Assembly (NCBI GenBank): GCA_963843305.1
Contig: CAWJJS010000001.1
Location: 1,540,804-1,580,803, forward strand
Length of the DNA: 40,000 nt
Reading direction: 5' to 3'
DNA from: an uncultured Solirubrobacterales bacterium
GTDB lineage: Bacteria; Actinomycetota; Thermoleophilia; Solirubrobacterales; Solirubrobacteraceae
In this document: one piece after another, positions 8,373-15,591 of the stretch
Layout of the letters: each line of letters begins with the position of its first letter
Position numbering within the stretch: the first letter of the stretch is position 1
The notes under the pieces: generated by a model
Told to the model about the DNA's origin: nothing
The model's input: the letters and a program-made list of their open reading frames with translations, nothing else
The model's database searches: none
Program-made: the position numbers and the translations under genes

Positions 8373-9742
8373 GTGATCCCCAGAGGCGGTTCCCGATCGC
8401 CGAGACCCCACTTCGTCGCGGGTGCGCAATAGCAACCGTCGCGGATCGCGCCCGCGGGCCTGCCGATCGCCCGGTCGCTGATGCGCAACAGCACCTTCCC
8501 CGACAGCCCCGCCTCAGCGAAACCGAACAGCCGCTGCAGCAGATCCGCCACCGCGTAGGAGGCCGTCATGGTCGTATAGGCGATTACTGCCGGGTCCGGC
8601 TCATCCAGGCCCTGCGCGTATCCCTCCGCCGCCAGACGCGTCCGCTCGCTCTCGGAGTAGCGCTCTTCCGCGGCGCGCTGCGGATCGATCTCACCACGAC
8701 ACAGCAAACACGGTTCGCCGGGGGTAGCGACCGTCACCCGACCGTAGATGCCCACGATCTTCTCGTGATCGGAGGAGATGACAACGCCCATGTCGATCAC
8801 GGGGATCAGATACCAGTACGCAAGCCGCGAGAGGACGCTGCGGCTACTGTGGCTATCGGTGCACCCAAACACCACATCGCATGTGCGCAGCAGTTCCATC
8901 GTCTCTCGCCGCGTGACGTTCGCGTGGTGGCCCTCGACACGTGTCCTCAGACCGATCGCCGTGAGGTGGTCGTGGAGCACCGCGACCTTCGCCCGTCCGA
9001 CGTCGGAGAGCGTCGAGCCATAGATTCGGGTCACGTTCGTGTCGGTGACGACGTCATGGTCGATCAGCACAAGCTGCCCGATCCCGAGTCTCGTCAGCTG
9101 CTCGGCGACCGCTGAGCCGGTTCCCCCGCAACCCACCACACCCACCCGGAGGCTGCTCAGCACCTGCTGGCCGGCCTTACCGAACGCCCGGATCTGCCGG
9201 TCATATGCCTCGAGCTCAATCCCACGGCTGCCTTCGTCTGCCCCAAATGCCCGGGCGACACGGATCTGGCGGCCGACGGTGCGCACTCGCTCTACGGCAA
9301 GGACCGGCTGATCATCCTCGAAGACACGACCGCTGAGCGTCGGTCGACCCTCAAGGACACCGAGTATCAGGCTGGCGTACCGGGCCGAGTTCGCACGCGT
9401 TTTGAACACCCGGGTCAGCGCCTCATCGACAACGTCGTCGCGAATCGACGGCGTCGGGGGGCTGTGCGGGTGCGTGTGGAAGAAGATCGGGACGAGCTTC
9501 CGCGACGCGGCGACCTTCAGGGCATGCATCCACCCATGGGAGGCGATCCGCAACTGATGCCCGTCTCGTTCCTCGTAGGCGCTGTCGGGCACCGACAGGA
9601 TCTCGTTGATCGTGAGTGTGAGCCGCTCGCGGTCGTCCGCGACCCCGGCGAGCAGGACGGCTGCCGTCTCGCGTGGGTCGGCGAGGGCCGCGGTCAGCTC
9701 GCTCCAGTGCTGTTCAGCGAACGTGACCGTAACGGTGCTCAT
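8360..9742 (-). CDS. JAB/MPN deubiquitinase-like domain fused to a ThiF/E1-like adenylyltransferase
   Basis: The N-terminal domain has a perfect JAMM motif, HTHPHSPPTPSIRD (HxHx7SxxD), with an upstream Glu (PRETAAVLLAG). The C-terminal Rossmann fold reads VGVVGCGGTGSAVAEQLTRLGIGQLVLIDHDVVTDTNVTRIYG, with CxxC (PCLLC) and CxC (GCYC) motifs. ATG 9742 overlaps the E2-like stop (ATGA). Confidence 0.85.
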   Translation of the reverse strand: MSTVTVTFAEQHWSELTAALADPRETAAVLLAGVADDRERLTLTINEILSVPDSAYEERDGHQLRIASHGWMHALKVAASRKLVPIFFHTHPHSPPTPSIRDDVVDEALTRVFKTRANSARYASLILGVLEGRPTLSGRVFEDDQPVLAVERVRTVGRQIRVARAFGADEGSRGIELEAYDRQIRAFGKAGQQVLSSLRVGVVGCGGTGSAVAEQLTRLGIGQLVLIDHDVVTDTNVTRIYGSTLSDVGRAKVAVLHDHLTAIGLRTRVEGHHANVTRRETMELLRTCDVVFGCTDSHSSRSVLSRLAYWYLIPVIDMGVVISSDHEKIVGIYGRVTVATPGEPCLLCRGEIDPQRAAEERYSESERTRLAAEGYAQGLDEPDPAVIAYTTMTASYAVADLLQRLFGFAEAGLSGKVLLRISDRAIGRPAGAIRDGCYCAPATKWGLGDREPPLGITWAP

Positions 9743-10125
9743 GCTGCTATGGGCACGCCGGCCTGAAGGTTGGTCCGAACGAACCGCAGGTACGACTGAA
9801 GGTTGTCGATTCCGGGCCGCCAGTCGTTCTCGTTCAGGTGGCGAGACCACCGCTGCCAGGTCCGCTCAACGTAGACCTCACGCTGCTCGGAGCCCGGCGG
9901 CATTGCACCAGCCTGATAGGCCACGGCCGGTGAGAGCCAGAACATATCCGGGCGCGCGTCAGGGAAACCGTTCGGCAGCCGGATCAAAAGGTCCGCATGG
10001 GTCACGTCGTACCCTGGCGGCAGCCCGTAGTCGCTGATCACGAGGTTTACGACCTCACCCTCCGCGTGGGTTCGAAAGGTCAGGCCGCGGGACTGCAGGA
10101 AATTCGTGTCGTCTTCGGCTAGCAC
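9739..10125 (-). CDS. Prokaryotic E2/UBC-like (UEV-like) protein lacking any cysteine
   Basis: 128 aa. ..LVISDYGLPPGYDVTHADLLIRLPNGFPDARPDMFWL.. resembles the prokaryotic E2-fold family found beside multiubiquitin and E1-JAB genes. Its GTG start overlaps the Ubl gene end by 7 nt. The sequence contains no Cys. Confidence 0.65.
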   Translation of the reverse strand: MLAEDDTNFLQSRGLTFRTHAEGEVVNLVISDYGLPPGYDVTHADLLIRLPNGFPDARPDMFWLSPAVAYQAGAMPPGSEQREVYVERTWQRWSRHLNENDWRPGIDNLQSYLRFVRTNLQAGVPIAA

Positions 10126-10376
10126 GCGCCCGGGCTGATGTTGCTGGGGGACGAGTAGAAGTGCATGTCCTCTTTGACGCGCACCGTTTCGACTGGGGTA
10201 ACGGCCTTGTCCTCAGTGTCGCCGTGCTCCTCAAGCCACAGGTCAAAGTTCTCACCGATCGGCGGCGTGGGAACGTTTCGCAGTTCGGCGCCTGTCATGT
10301 CGCGCTCATGGACGGTGTACGGCTGGCGGTCAATATGAATCCTGATCGTGGGCTCGTGCTCCGAAGCGTCTGCCAT
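10119..10376 (-). CDS. Ubiquitin-like beta-grasp protein (multiubiquitin-family type, single domain)
   Basis: RBS GAGGAG precedes ATG 10376. The 85-aa sequence is MADASEHEPTIRIHIDRQPYTVHERDMTGAELRNVPTPPIGENFDLWLEEHGDTEDKAVTPVETVRVKEDMHFYSSP... This matches the pattern remembered for multiubiquitin-domain proteins (I.I.v...y.v....tG.el......p....L.......d..v......v....g..F). It is the first gene of the operon. Confidence 0.65.
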   Translation of the reverse strand: MADASEHEPTIRIHIDRQPYTVHERDMTGAELRNVPTPPIGENFDLWLEEHGDTEDKAVTPVETVRVKEDMHFYSSPSNISPGAC

Positions 10377-10664
10377 CTCGTAGTCTCCTCTAAAGATTGC
10401 TAGTGCGGCGTGCGATTGCATTCTAGCAACCAGTTCCGTCGTGTCCCCGGCTCTGCTTCCGCCTCGTTCCCCAGCGTGGGCGGCTCGTGGGCGGGACGGC
10501 CAGAAAGCGACAGCTAGCTCGTCCAGCAATCTCGGCCAAATCGCCCCGCGATTCCCACCCCTGTACCCAAATATTCCCGGTCAGGGCGGCTCCCAGCCCC
10601 CGCCCACATCCACCAGCACTTGTATCGGGGACGGGTTGAATCTGCGACCGCCCGCCCGACAACA

Positions 10665-10709
10665 TCGTGTGCGGTCTATGCCTTTCGCCATGTGCGATTC
10701 GTGTGCGGT
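10665..10709. repeat. Arm-type repeats, island 1 right arm (TCGTGTGCGGT x2)
   Basis: Copies at 10665-10675 and 10699-10709, 34 bp apart, with a degenerate ATGTGCGAT between them. The 11-mer is the same as at 2028-2038. Confidence 0.55.
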
Positions 10710-10835
10710 CAGCACCAATAGCCAGTACAGCAGCCGACCCGCCAAACATCGGCATTATGCCGCTGAATTGGTTACCCAGAGCCAAATCCCGAAGCTAGAG
10801 AGGCCCCAAGCATCCCCCTGACTCCAACAGCAAAA

Positions 10836-10846
10836 CAATCGGGGCG
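10836..10846. repeat. Candidate att core copy B (CAATCGGGGCG)
   Basis: The 11-mer is identical to 24396-24406 at the tRNA-Pro 3' end. The following bases (AACGGTTCAAGTTGG) loosely resemble the tRNA T-arm region (CCCGGATTCGAACCGG). Confidence 0.5.
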
Positions 10847-10899
10847 AACGGTTCAAGTTGGCTGCAACAGCCAATCTTTCCGGGCGTTCCCTAGTCGGA

Positions 10900-10920
10900 T
10901 GCTCCCGAGTTGCTCCCGAG
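10900..10920. repeat. Arm-type repeats, island 2 left arm (TGCTCCCGAG x2)
   Basis: Copies at 10900-10909 and 10911-10920, immediately after the integrase stop codon (10922-10924). Confidence 0.55.
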
Positions 10921-10921
10921 A

Positions 10922-11965
10922 CTACCTGGACGCCACGGCTTCGAGGGGAGCGATATCCTCGCCCCAGGCCGCCAACAGGCGAGCGCGGGCTGCATCCTCG
11001 CGCGGATGACCGTAAAGCTCTTGCACCAGGCGACCGCCATCGGTGTGGCCCAACTGGACCGCGACATCCCATGGCGTCGATCCTCGTTCGAGCAGCATCG
11101 TCGCACCCGCGTGGCGAAGCTCGTAGAAGTCGAATCCGGGCCGGTCAGCAAGGAGCCTGAGCTTGGTCCAATACCTGTGATGGAGGCTAGCGGTCCACTG
11201 CTTGCCACCAGGAGTCACGAACAGCAAGCCAGAGCGGTGGTCAGGCACGTCCGAGAGCGCGTGCTGTGCGACGGGCGGGATTGTGACGGTGCGTGGCTTC
11301 CCATTCTTCGGAGGCGTCGTCTCGTGGCTGTGGCTGGAGTAGGCCCGCTCGATGGTACATAGCTGACCGCTGATGTCATCGCGGCGCAACGCGAACAGCT
11401 CGCCGGGACGTAGCCCGACGTAGCCCGAGAACAGGATCATGGCCCGGTACTCCGGCCCGTACTCGCCAAGCTCCATCCGACGATCCAAAGCCAAGTTCGC
11501 AAGTTCCATCAACTCGCTCTCGGTCAGCGCCACGATGTCCTTGCGGCCACGGCCACGGGCGATGCGGAGTTCGGCGAAAGGGTTGTAGGGGACCAATCCA
11601 TCCCGCAGGGCATCGCCGAACATGGCCCGTACGGTCGTCAGGTCGTGTCGGTGCTTGAGCGCCCACGCTCTCGCGGTGGGTCGATCAACGTCGCCGAGCT
11701 TGACGCCCTTGAAGTCCTTGGCAAACGTCTTCGTGTGCTCTTCGTTGGTCATCGTCGTGGACTTGCGTGGGCGCGGGAAATCCCGCATCCACCGCTCAGC
11801 AAACTGATCGCATGTCTCGGCTCCGGTTGGCTTGCCCTTCAGCCGATGATCTGCCTCCGCCGCTAGAGCCTCTCGCTTCGTCGCGTAGGTCCCCAGATGC
11901 ACCTTGCGCTTGAGCGCTTTGTCGTAACCGCTTGCCGTCCAGCGCTTACCCCGCTTCCGTGCCAT
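10922..11965 (-). CDS. Tyrosine recombinase / integrase (intact)
   Basis: 347 aa. ..GLRPGELFALRRDDI.., ..FYELRHAGATMLLERG.. (HxxR) and ..VQLGHTDGGRLVQELYGH (catalytic Tyr) are all in one frame. The N-terminus is an Arm/SAM-like region. Confidence 0.9.
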   Translation of the reverse strand: MARKRGKRWTASGYDKALKRKVHLGTYATKREALAAEADHRLKGKPTGAETCDQFAERWMRDFPRPRKSTTMTNEEHTKTFAKDFKGVKLGDVDRPTARAWALKHRHDLTTVRAMFGDALRDGLVPYNPFAELRIARGRGRKDIVALTESELMELANLALDRRMELGEYGPEYRAMILFSGYVGLRPGELFALRRDDISGQLCTIERAYSSHSHETTPPKNGKPRTVTIPPVAQHALSDVPDHRSGLLFVTPGGKQWTASLHHRYWTKLRLLADRPGFDFYELRHAGATMLLERGSTPWDVAVQLGHTDGGRLVQELYGHPREDAARARLLAAWGEDIAPLEAVASR

Positions 11966-12179
11966 GCACGTACCTTTCGTCTAGCCACGCCTCAACCTCG
12001 GTGGGATTGAAGCGTAGCCGTGAGCCCCACTTGTGTCGGGGCATTCCCTCGCTGAGCCGATAGCGCCACCATCGCTCCGAGTAACCGAAACACTCCTGTA
12101 GCTCAGACAACGGAACCAGGCGTGCTGCCCGCCGACGTTCAAGCGGGAATCGCACGACTCCGGCAGTTTGAACGCTCAC
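11946..12179 (-). CDS. Excisionase-type HTH protein (Xis) of island 2
   Basis: GTG 12179 follows RBS GGGGAGG. ..LVPLSELQECFGYSERWWRYRLSEGMPRHKWGSRLRFNPTEVEAWL.. is an excisionase HTH. The gene overlaps the int start by 20 nt. Confidence 0.7.
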   Translation of the reverse strand: MSVQTAGVVRFPLERRRAARLVPLSELQECFGYSERWWRYRLSEGMPRHKWGSRLRFNPTEVEAWLDERYVHGTEAG

Positions 12180-12508
12180 GCCGCCTCCCCGAAGCTCTGC
12201 GCCAGCTTCAACCAACCCGCGATCTTTTCGTCTAGCAGGCGACGAGCAGGGCCGTTCAGGATACGCTCTACTTTGCTCTGAACGCGCGAAGGCGCGAAGC
12301 AGCCTGCCAAGGCTTTCGTACCGTTGCCGTCTACTACTTGCTGTCGCGCCAATGTGTGCTCCGTCCACCGATTCGTTTCTCGATGTCCGCCAGCACGTAG
12401 GAAGGCCGCTGGGAAGTCCGAGCCCCATTGGCGACTTCCTGACAACTCGTGCCGAGTGTAGCAGAGGCGTTTCCGTTTATTCAGCGTGGCTTTCGCTTCG
12501 GTCGCCAA
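12176..12508 (-). CDS. Hypothetical protein (110 aa, TTG start)
   Basis: Its TGA overlaps the xis GTG (GTGA coupling). It faces the divergent AT-rich promoter region at 12509-12668. No recognisable family, and the start is uncertain. Confidence 0.4.
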   Translation of the reverse strand: MATEAKATLNKRKRLCYTRHELSGSRQWGSDFPAAFLRAGGHRETNRWTEHTLARQQVVDGNGTKALAGCFAPSRVQSKVERILNGPARRLLDEKIAGWLKLAQSFGEAA

Positions 12509-12620
12509 GCCTCGTGCAGATATTGCACCTTTGCTCTATCGGGTCGCTCTCCACTCGGGTGTTCCTGGCGTTTTACCTATTCATTTCGCTTTTACTATGA
12601 AAACGTTGACCGCCCGTCGC

Positions 12621-12626
12621 TATAAT
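12621..12626 (+). promoter_or_regulatory. Perfect TATAAT -10 hexamer upstream of the RHH gene, followed by GTGAT/ATCAC inverted repeat
   Basis: TATAAT at 12621-12626 lies in an AT-rich divergent intergenic region. GTGAT (12629-12633), ATCAC (12639-12643) and a further ATCAC (12651-12655) could be an operator. No well-spaced -35 hexamer is present. Confidence 0.35.
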
Positions 12627-12668
12627 CTGTGATGGACAATCACGTCCAGAATCACCACAAGGAACACC

Positions 12669-12854
12669 ATGTCTACCGAGTCAACACTAACGAGAGCCAT
12701 CAGCAGCCGGGTGAAGCCCGACCAGATCGCTCAGCTTCAGCACTATGCAGCAATCGACCGCGTGACGCCCAGTAAGTTCATTGCTCGGCTCGTTTACGCA
12801 GAGCTTCAGCGTCGTAACAGCGCATCCGGTTCTGCCGGTGCCGACCATGAGTAG
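12669..12854 (+). CDS. Ribbon-helix-helix (CopG/Arc-like) small DNA-binding protein
   Basis: 61 aa. ..ISSRVKPDQIAQLQHYAAIDRVTPSKFIARLVYAEL.. shows the RHH beta-strand plus two helices pattern. It is the first gene of the rightward operon. Confidence 0.6.
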   Translation: MSTESTLTRAISSRVKPDQIAQLQHYAAIDRVTPSKFIARLVYAELQRRNSASGSAGADHE

Positions 12855-13683
12855 GGGCGACGCTGTTTCTTCAGCCAAGCGGTCCACGTCTACACCGAAA
12901 ACCGGTGCCTTTGACCGACTGAATTGGGCTCGGGATCAGCAAGTCAACAATACGACGCGCAAGGCGATTCTGTTTGCCTTGGTGAGCTACTCCAAACCAA
13001 ACGGACACGTATGGGCGCGCCAAGTCACGCTCGCAAAGGTTGCCGAATGTAGCCGACAAACCGCAAACGAACATTTGCAGCGGCTACGCGACGAAGGCAA
13101 GATCGACATGCGCCGTCAATATCGGACGGACGGCTCCCGTCGTGACAACGAGTACCTGCTCTTGTTCCGCTCCGACGTAACATGGCCGGATGGCACGATA
13201 CCCGAGAATATGTCGGCCATCCCGACACATTCCGGTGAGAACTGGTCGGGGACACCGACACATTTTGGGAAAAACATATCGGCCAAACCGACAACCCGTG
13301 TCGGGGAAACCGACAACCTAAGTCGGCCATCCCGACACGTCAGGTCGGAACGTGTCGGGCAAACCGACAGTATAGACAGGAAAGAGAGCAAGAAACGCAG
13401 ACACACGAAATCTGACCAAGGCAACTCTGCTACAGACTCCGTGTGCATGCTTGGACAGGATGACGATGGTTCCGAGGATCGAGAGCCATCCAAAGACACT
13501 CCCCAGAAACGTATGGAAAAGCTGCGGGCAGCAGCAGCGGAACGTGCAGCAGGGCCAAAGCCCATAGCCGCTACAGATGAGCCCGAGCCGGTGGCTACCG
13601 AATCGAAGCTGGACGAACTACGACGGCGAGCAAGGGGACGCGCGACAAGCGACAGCGCTTTTGACATCGACGCCTCAGTCTAG
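12847..13683 (+). CDS. wHTH DNA-binding protein, possible replication initiator of the element
   Basis: ATG 12847 overlaps the RHH gene end. N-terminal wHTH: ..RKAILFALVSYSKPNGHVWARQVTLAKVAECSRQTANEHLQRLRDEGKI... The central coding region holds the phased iteron-like array. The C-terminus is acidic and low-complexity. Confidence 0.6.
   Translation: MSRGDAVSSAKRSTSTPKTGAFDRLNWARDQQVNNTTRKAILFALVSYSKPNGHVWARQVTLAKVAECSRQTANEHLQRLRDEGKIDMRRQYRTDGSRRDNEYLLLFRSDVTWPDGTIPENMSAIPTHSGENWSGTPTHFGKNISAKPTTRVGETDNLSRPSRHVRSERVGQTDSIDRKESKKRRHTKSDQGNSATDSVCMLGQDDDGSEDREPSKDTPQKRMEKLRAAAAERAAGPKPIAATDEPEPVATESKLDELRRRARGRATSDSAFDIDASV
13212..13370. repeat. Six phased 17-bp iteron-like units GTCGGSSANMCCGACAM inside the Rep-like gene
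   Basis: Units start at 13212, 13245, 13278, 13300, 13322 and 13354, giving spacings of 33, 33, 22, 22 and 32 bp. Units 1 and 5 are identical (GTCGGCCATCCCGACAC). A 10-bp perfect inverted repeat, CCCGACACGT (13331-13340) / ACGTGTCGGG (13350-13359), is also present. Confidence 0.85.
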
Positions 13684-13700
13684 TATTCTATGTGAATGAC

Positions 13701-13734
13701 AGTGAAGCTCAGGCTAAAGATGATAAGCTTCACT
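13701..13734. other. AT-rich stem-loop between the Rep-like gene and the serine recombinase
   Basis: AGTGAAGCT (13701-13709) pairs with AGCTTCACT (13726-13734) around a 16-nt loop. It could be a terminator or a recombinase site. Confidence 0.35.
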
Positions 13735-13741
13735 TCCTCGC

Positions 13742-14506
13742 GTGGTCTTGCTAGTCACATCGGCCAAGCGTCACCGCATTAGGGTCAGTCGGAGCGTCCG
13801 TGAGAGCCCTGGGTATATTCGCTGCTCCACAACGGAGCAAGCCATAGACGGTATAAGCCTCGATGCACAGCGCAGTCGCATTACGTCGTGGGCCGAGGCA
13901 ACTTGCACCGATCTCGCGGAGATAATTACCGACGCGGGGATCAGCGGGACCCGCCCGCTCGCAGACCGTCCGGGCGGCGCTCGTATAGCGGCGCTGCTTA
14001 CCGCACGTCATCCTGACGTTGACACCGTGGTCATTGCACGACTGGATCGGCTGGGCAGGGATGCTGCCGAGACTCTGAACTATTTCAAGACGTTTGCGAA
14101 GGGCTCTGTCGGCTTGGTCTCGATTGCCGACAGACTCGACCTCTCAACACCACAGGGGAGGGCAATGGCTGGAGTTTCGGCGGTCTTTTCGGAGCTTGAG
14201 AGAGCGCTGATCGCACAACGAACGGCGGACGCACTCGGGGAGCTTCGTTCGCGAGGGCAGGTGTACGGAGCTATTCCTTTTGGCTTCAATCGAGAAGGTA
14301 ACCGTCTGATCCCTGACAACGCCGAGCAGCGTGTGCTCGCTCGTATTCGGCGACTTCGTGGGCGCGGCTTCAGCTACGACCGAATAGCGCGATCCTTGAA
14401 TGGGTCGGGTGTTCGTGCAAAGCGGGGTGGTAGGTGGAGTTCCATGTCGGTCAGGTCGGTCTTTCTCACTGCCCCAAGGGTGGGCTGTATCGAGGCAGCC
14501 GCGTGA
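13742..14506 (+). CDS. Serine recombinase (resolvase/invertase catalytic domain plus partial Recombinase domain)
   Basis: GYIRCSTTEQ holds the catalytic Ser. Other landmarks are ..VVIARLDRLGRD.., ..FSELERALIAQRT.., and then YGAIPFGF...RGGRWSSMSVRSVF. At 254 aa it lacks the zinc-ribbon and coiled-coil of large serine recombinases. The start (GTG 13742 or TTG 13748) is uncertain. Confidence 0.8.
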   Translation: MVLLVTSAKRHRIRVSRSVRESPGYIRCSTTEQAIDGISLDAQRSRITSWAEATCTDLAEIITDAGISGTRPLADRPGGARIAALLTARHPDVDTVVIARLDRLGRDAAETLNYFKTFAKGSVGLVSIADRLDLSTPQGRAMAGVSAVFSELERALIAQRTADALGELRSRGQVYGAIPFGFNREGNRLIPDNAEQRVLARIRRLRGRGFSYDRIARSLNGSGVRAKRGGRWSSMSVRSVFLTAPRVGCIEAAA

Positions 14507-15051
14507 GCCTGCTTGTCCCTCAGCCGATGAAGCGTGAGTGTTCGTGTGGGGCCACCCTGCGGTGGGAGAGCCGTGAGGACTACGACGGCAAGCGCTCACT
14601 GGCGCTCTGCTCGAATCCGGACTGTGGTGTTGTCACGACCGCAGTGACTAATGGCCACCAATCCGAGGACGGGCTGCGAACATTCCTGCTCGGAGATGCC
14701 CCTGTTCAGCGGTATCTCGCACCATGGGCGCGGCTTTACTGGAAAACGAGCCAATGGCGCTATCGGTGGCTTTCGCATCACGAGACGTGTCCCGACTGTG
14801 ACAGCGAGTTCACTGTCCAACTCGGTCTTCCTCCGTTGGCTGAGAGGCAGAACGATCCATACCAGGTCGTTATGTGTCTTACCTGTGGAGCAACGGGTAT
14901 GGCCTGGTGGCTCGGCGGAGAAAAGGTCGCCATCGCGATTGAGGGGAACGAGTGGAACGATTCTGCGACCGCCGTGCTGATACTGAAGCGGGTCCTCGAA
15001 GAACGGGCAGCCAAGACCTGCCAAAGCTGGACCTGGGACTTCCTCGGTTGA
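14503..15051 (+). CDS. Hypothetical protein with two zinc-ribbon-like Cys clusters
   Basis: GTG 14503 overlaps the recombinase TGA (GTGA). Cys clusters: CSCG...CSNPDCG and CPDCD...CLTCG. Confidence 0.55.
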   Translation: MSLLVPQPMKRECSCGATLRWESREDYDGKRSLALCSNPDCGVVTTAVTNGHQSEDGLRTFLLGDAPVQRYLAPWARLYWKTSQWRYRWLSHHETCPDCDSEFTVQLGLPPLAERQNDPYQVVMCLTCGATGMAWWLGGEKVAIAIEGNEWNDSATAVLILKRVLEERAAKTCQSWTWDFLG

Positions 15052-15233
15052 CTCCTACGACCTCGCTGTCCCGAGCCGAGAAGCTCGCCGACCGCGTCTG
15101 CGTTGTGTGCGGGGGCTCGCTGGCGGGCCGCAGCGAGGCGACCCGTCATTGCTCGGCTGCGTGTCGAGTGGAGGCATCGCGCATCAGGGCGATTCTGGCG
15201 GGAAATTACAGCGGACCCTATTGTTCCGGTTAG
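15048..15233 (+). CDS. Small zinc-finger protein (61 aa, TTG start)
   Basis: TTG 15048 overlaps the upstream TGA (TTGA). CVVCGGSL...RHCSAACRVEASR is a CxxC...CxxxC motif common in small phage or plasmid proteins. Confidence 0.45.
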   Translation: MTPTTSLSRAEKLADRVCVVCGGSLAGRSEATRHCSAACRVEASRIRAILAGNYSGPYCSG

Positions 15234-15301
15234 AGAAAGACTGGAAGCAGCCGAGAGGGGCGTACAAAGGGCTCTGCCGGGACGAAGGGACGGTGGCGTA
15301 G

Positions 15302-15520
15302 ATGGGCGATGAGAGCGCGACCGATTGGGCCGTACTCACTTCGCTACTTGATGGCGACTGCGTGCCCTGGTCCACCGAGGAGATCGCACGCGAGATCGGC
15401 GATCACCACGCCGTAGCCGACAGTCTCAACCGGCTTCACCGAGCAGGTCTCATCCATCGCTGCAACGAGTTCGCGTTCCCGACCCGGCCCGCACGACGCT
15501 TCGAGGAGTTGCGAGCCTAG
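15302..15520 (+). CDS. Small winged-helix protein, paralog family 2 of 3
   Basis: 72 aa. ..WSTEEIAREIGDHHAVADSLNRLHRAGLIHRCNEFAFPTRPARRFEEL is paralogous to 3922-4170. Confidence 0.65.
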   Translation: MGDESATDWAVLTSLLDGDCVPWSTEEIAREIGDHHAVADSLNRLHRAGLIHRCNEFAFPTRPARRFEELRA

Positions 15521-15591
15521 CCATCACAAATCAGTGACCCCGACGCCGTTGATAGCGACGCCGGGGTCTTACACAGGAGGTAGAAGCTCCC

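Larger units (their letters stand above)
1979..10846. mobile_element. Older integrative element (island 1), partly decayed, carrying the Ubl/E2/E1-JAB operon
   Basis: Bounded by att-core copies A and B. An int/xis pair (frameshifted int) lies at the left end. The same 11-mer TCGTGTGCGGT occurs near both ends only (2028-2050 and 10665-10709). Confidence 0.5.

Noticed and set aside
10423-10821. ORFs of 120 and 126 aa upstream of the Ubl operon
   Set aside because: Their translations are low-complexity. The region is better explained as the operon's promoter plus island 1's right arm, which holds the arm-type repeats and the att core.
12606-12626. TTGACC plus TATAAT as a canonical -35/-10 pair
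   Set aside because: The spacer is only 9 nt. The TATAAT is kept as a possible -10, but the TTGACC cannot be its -35.
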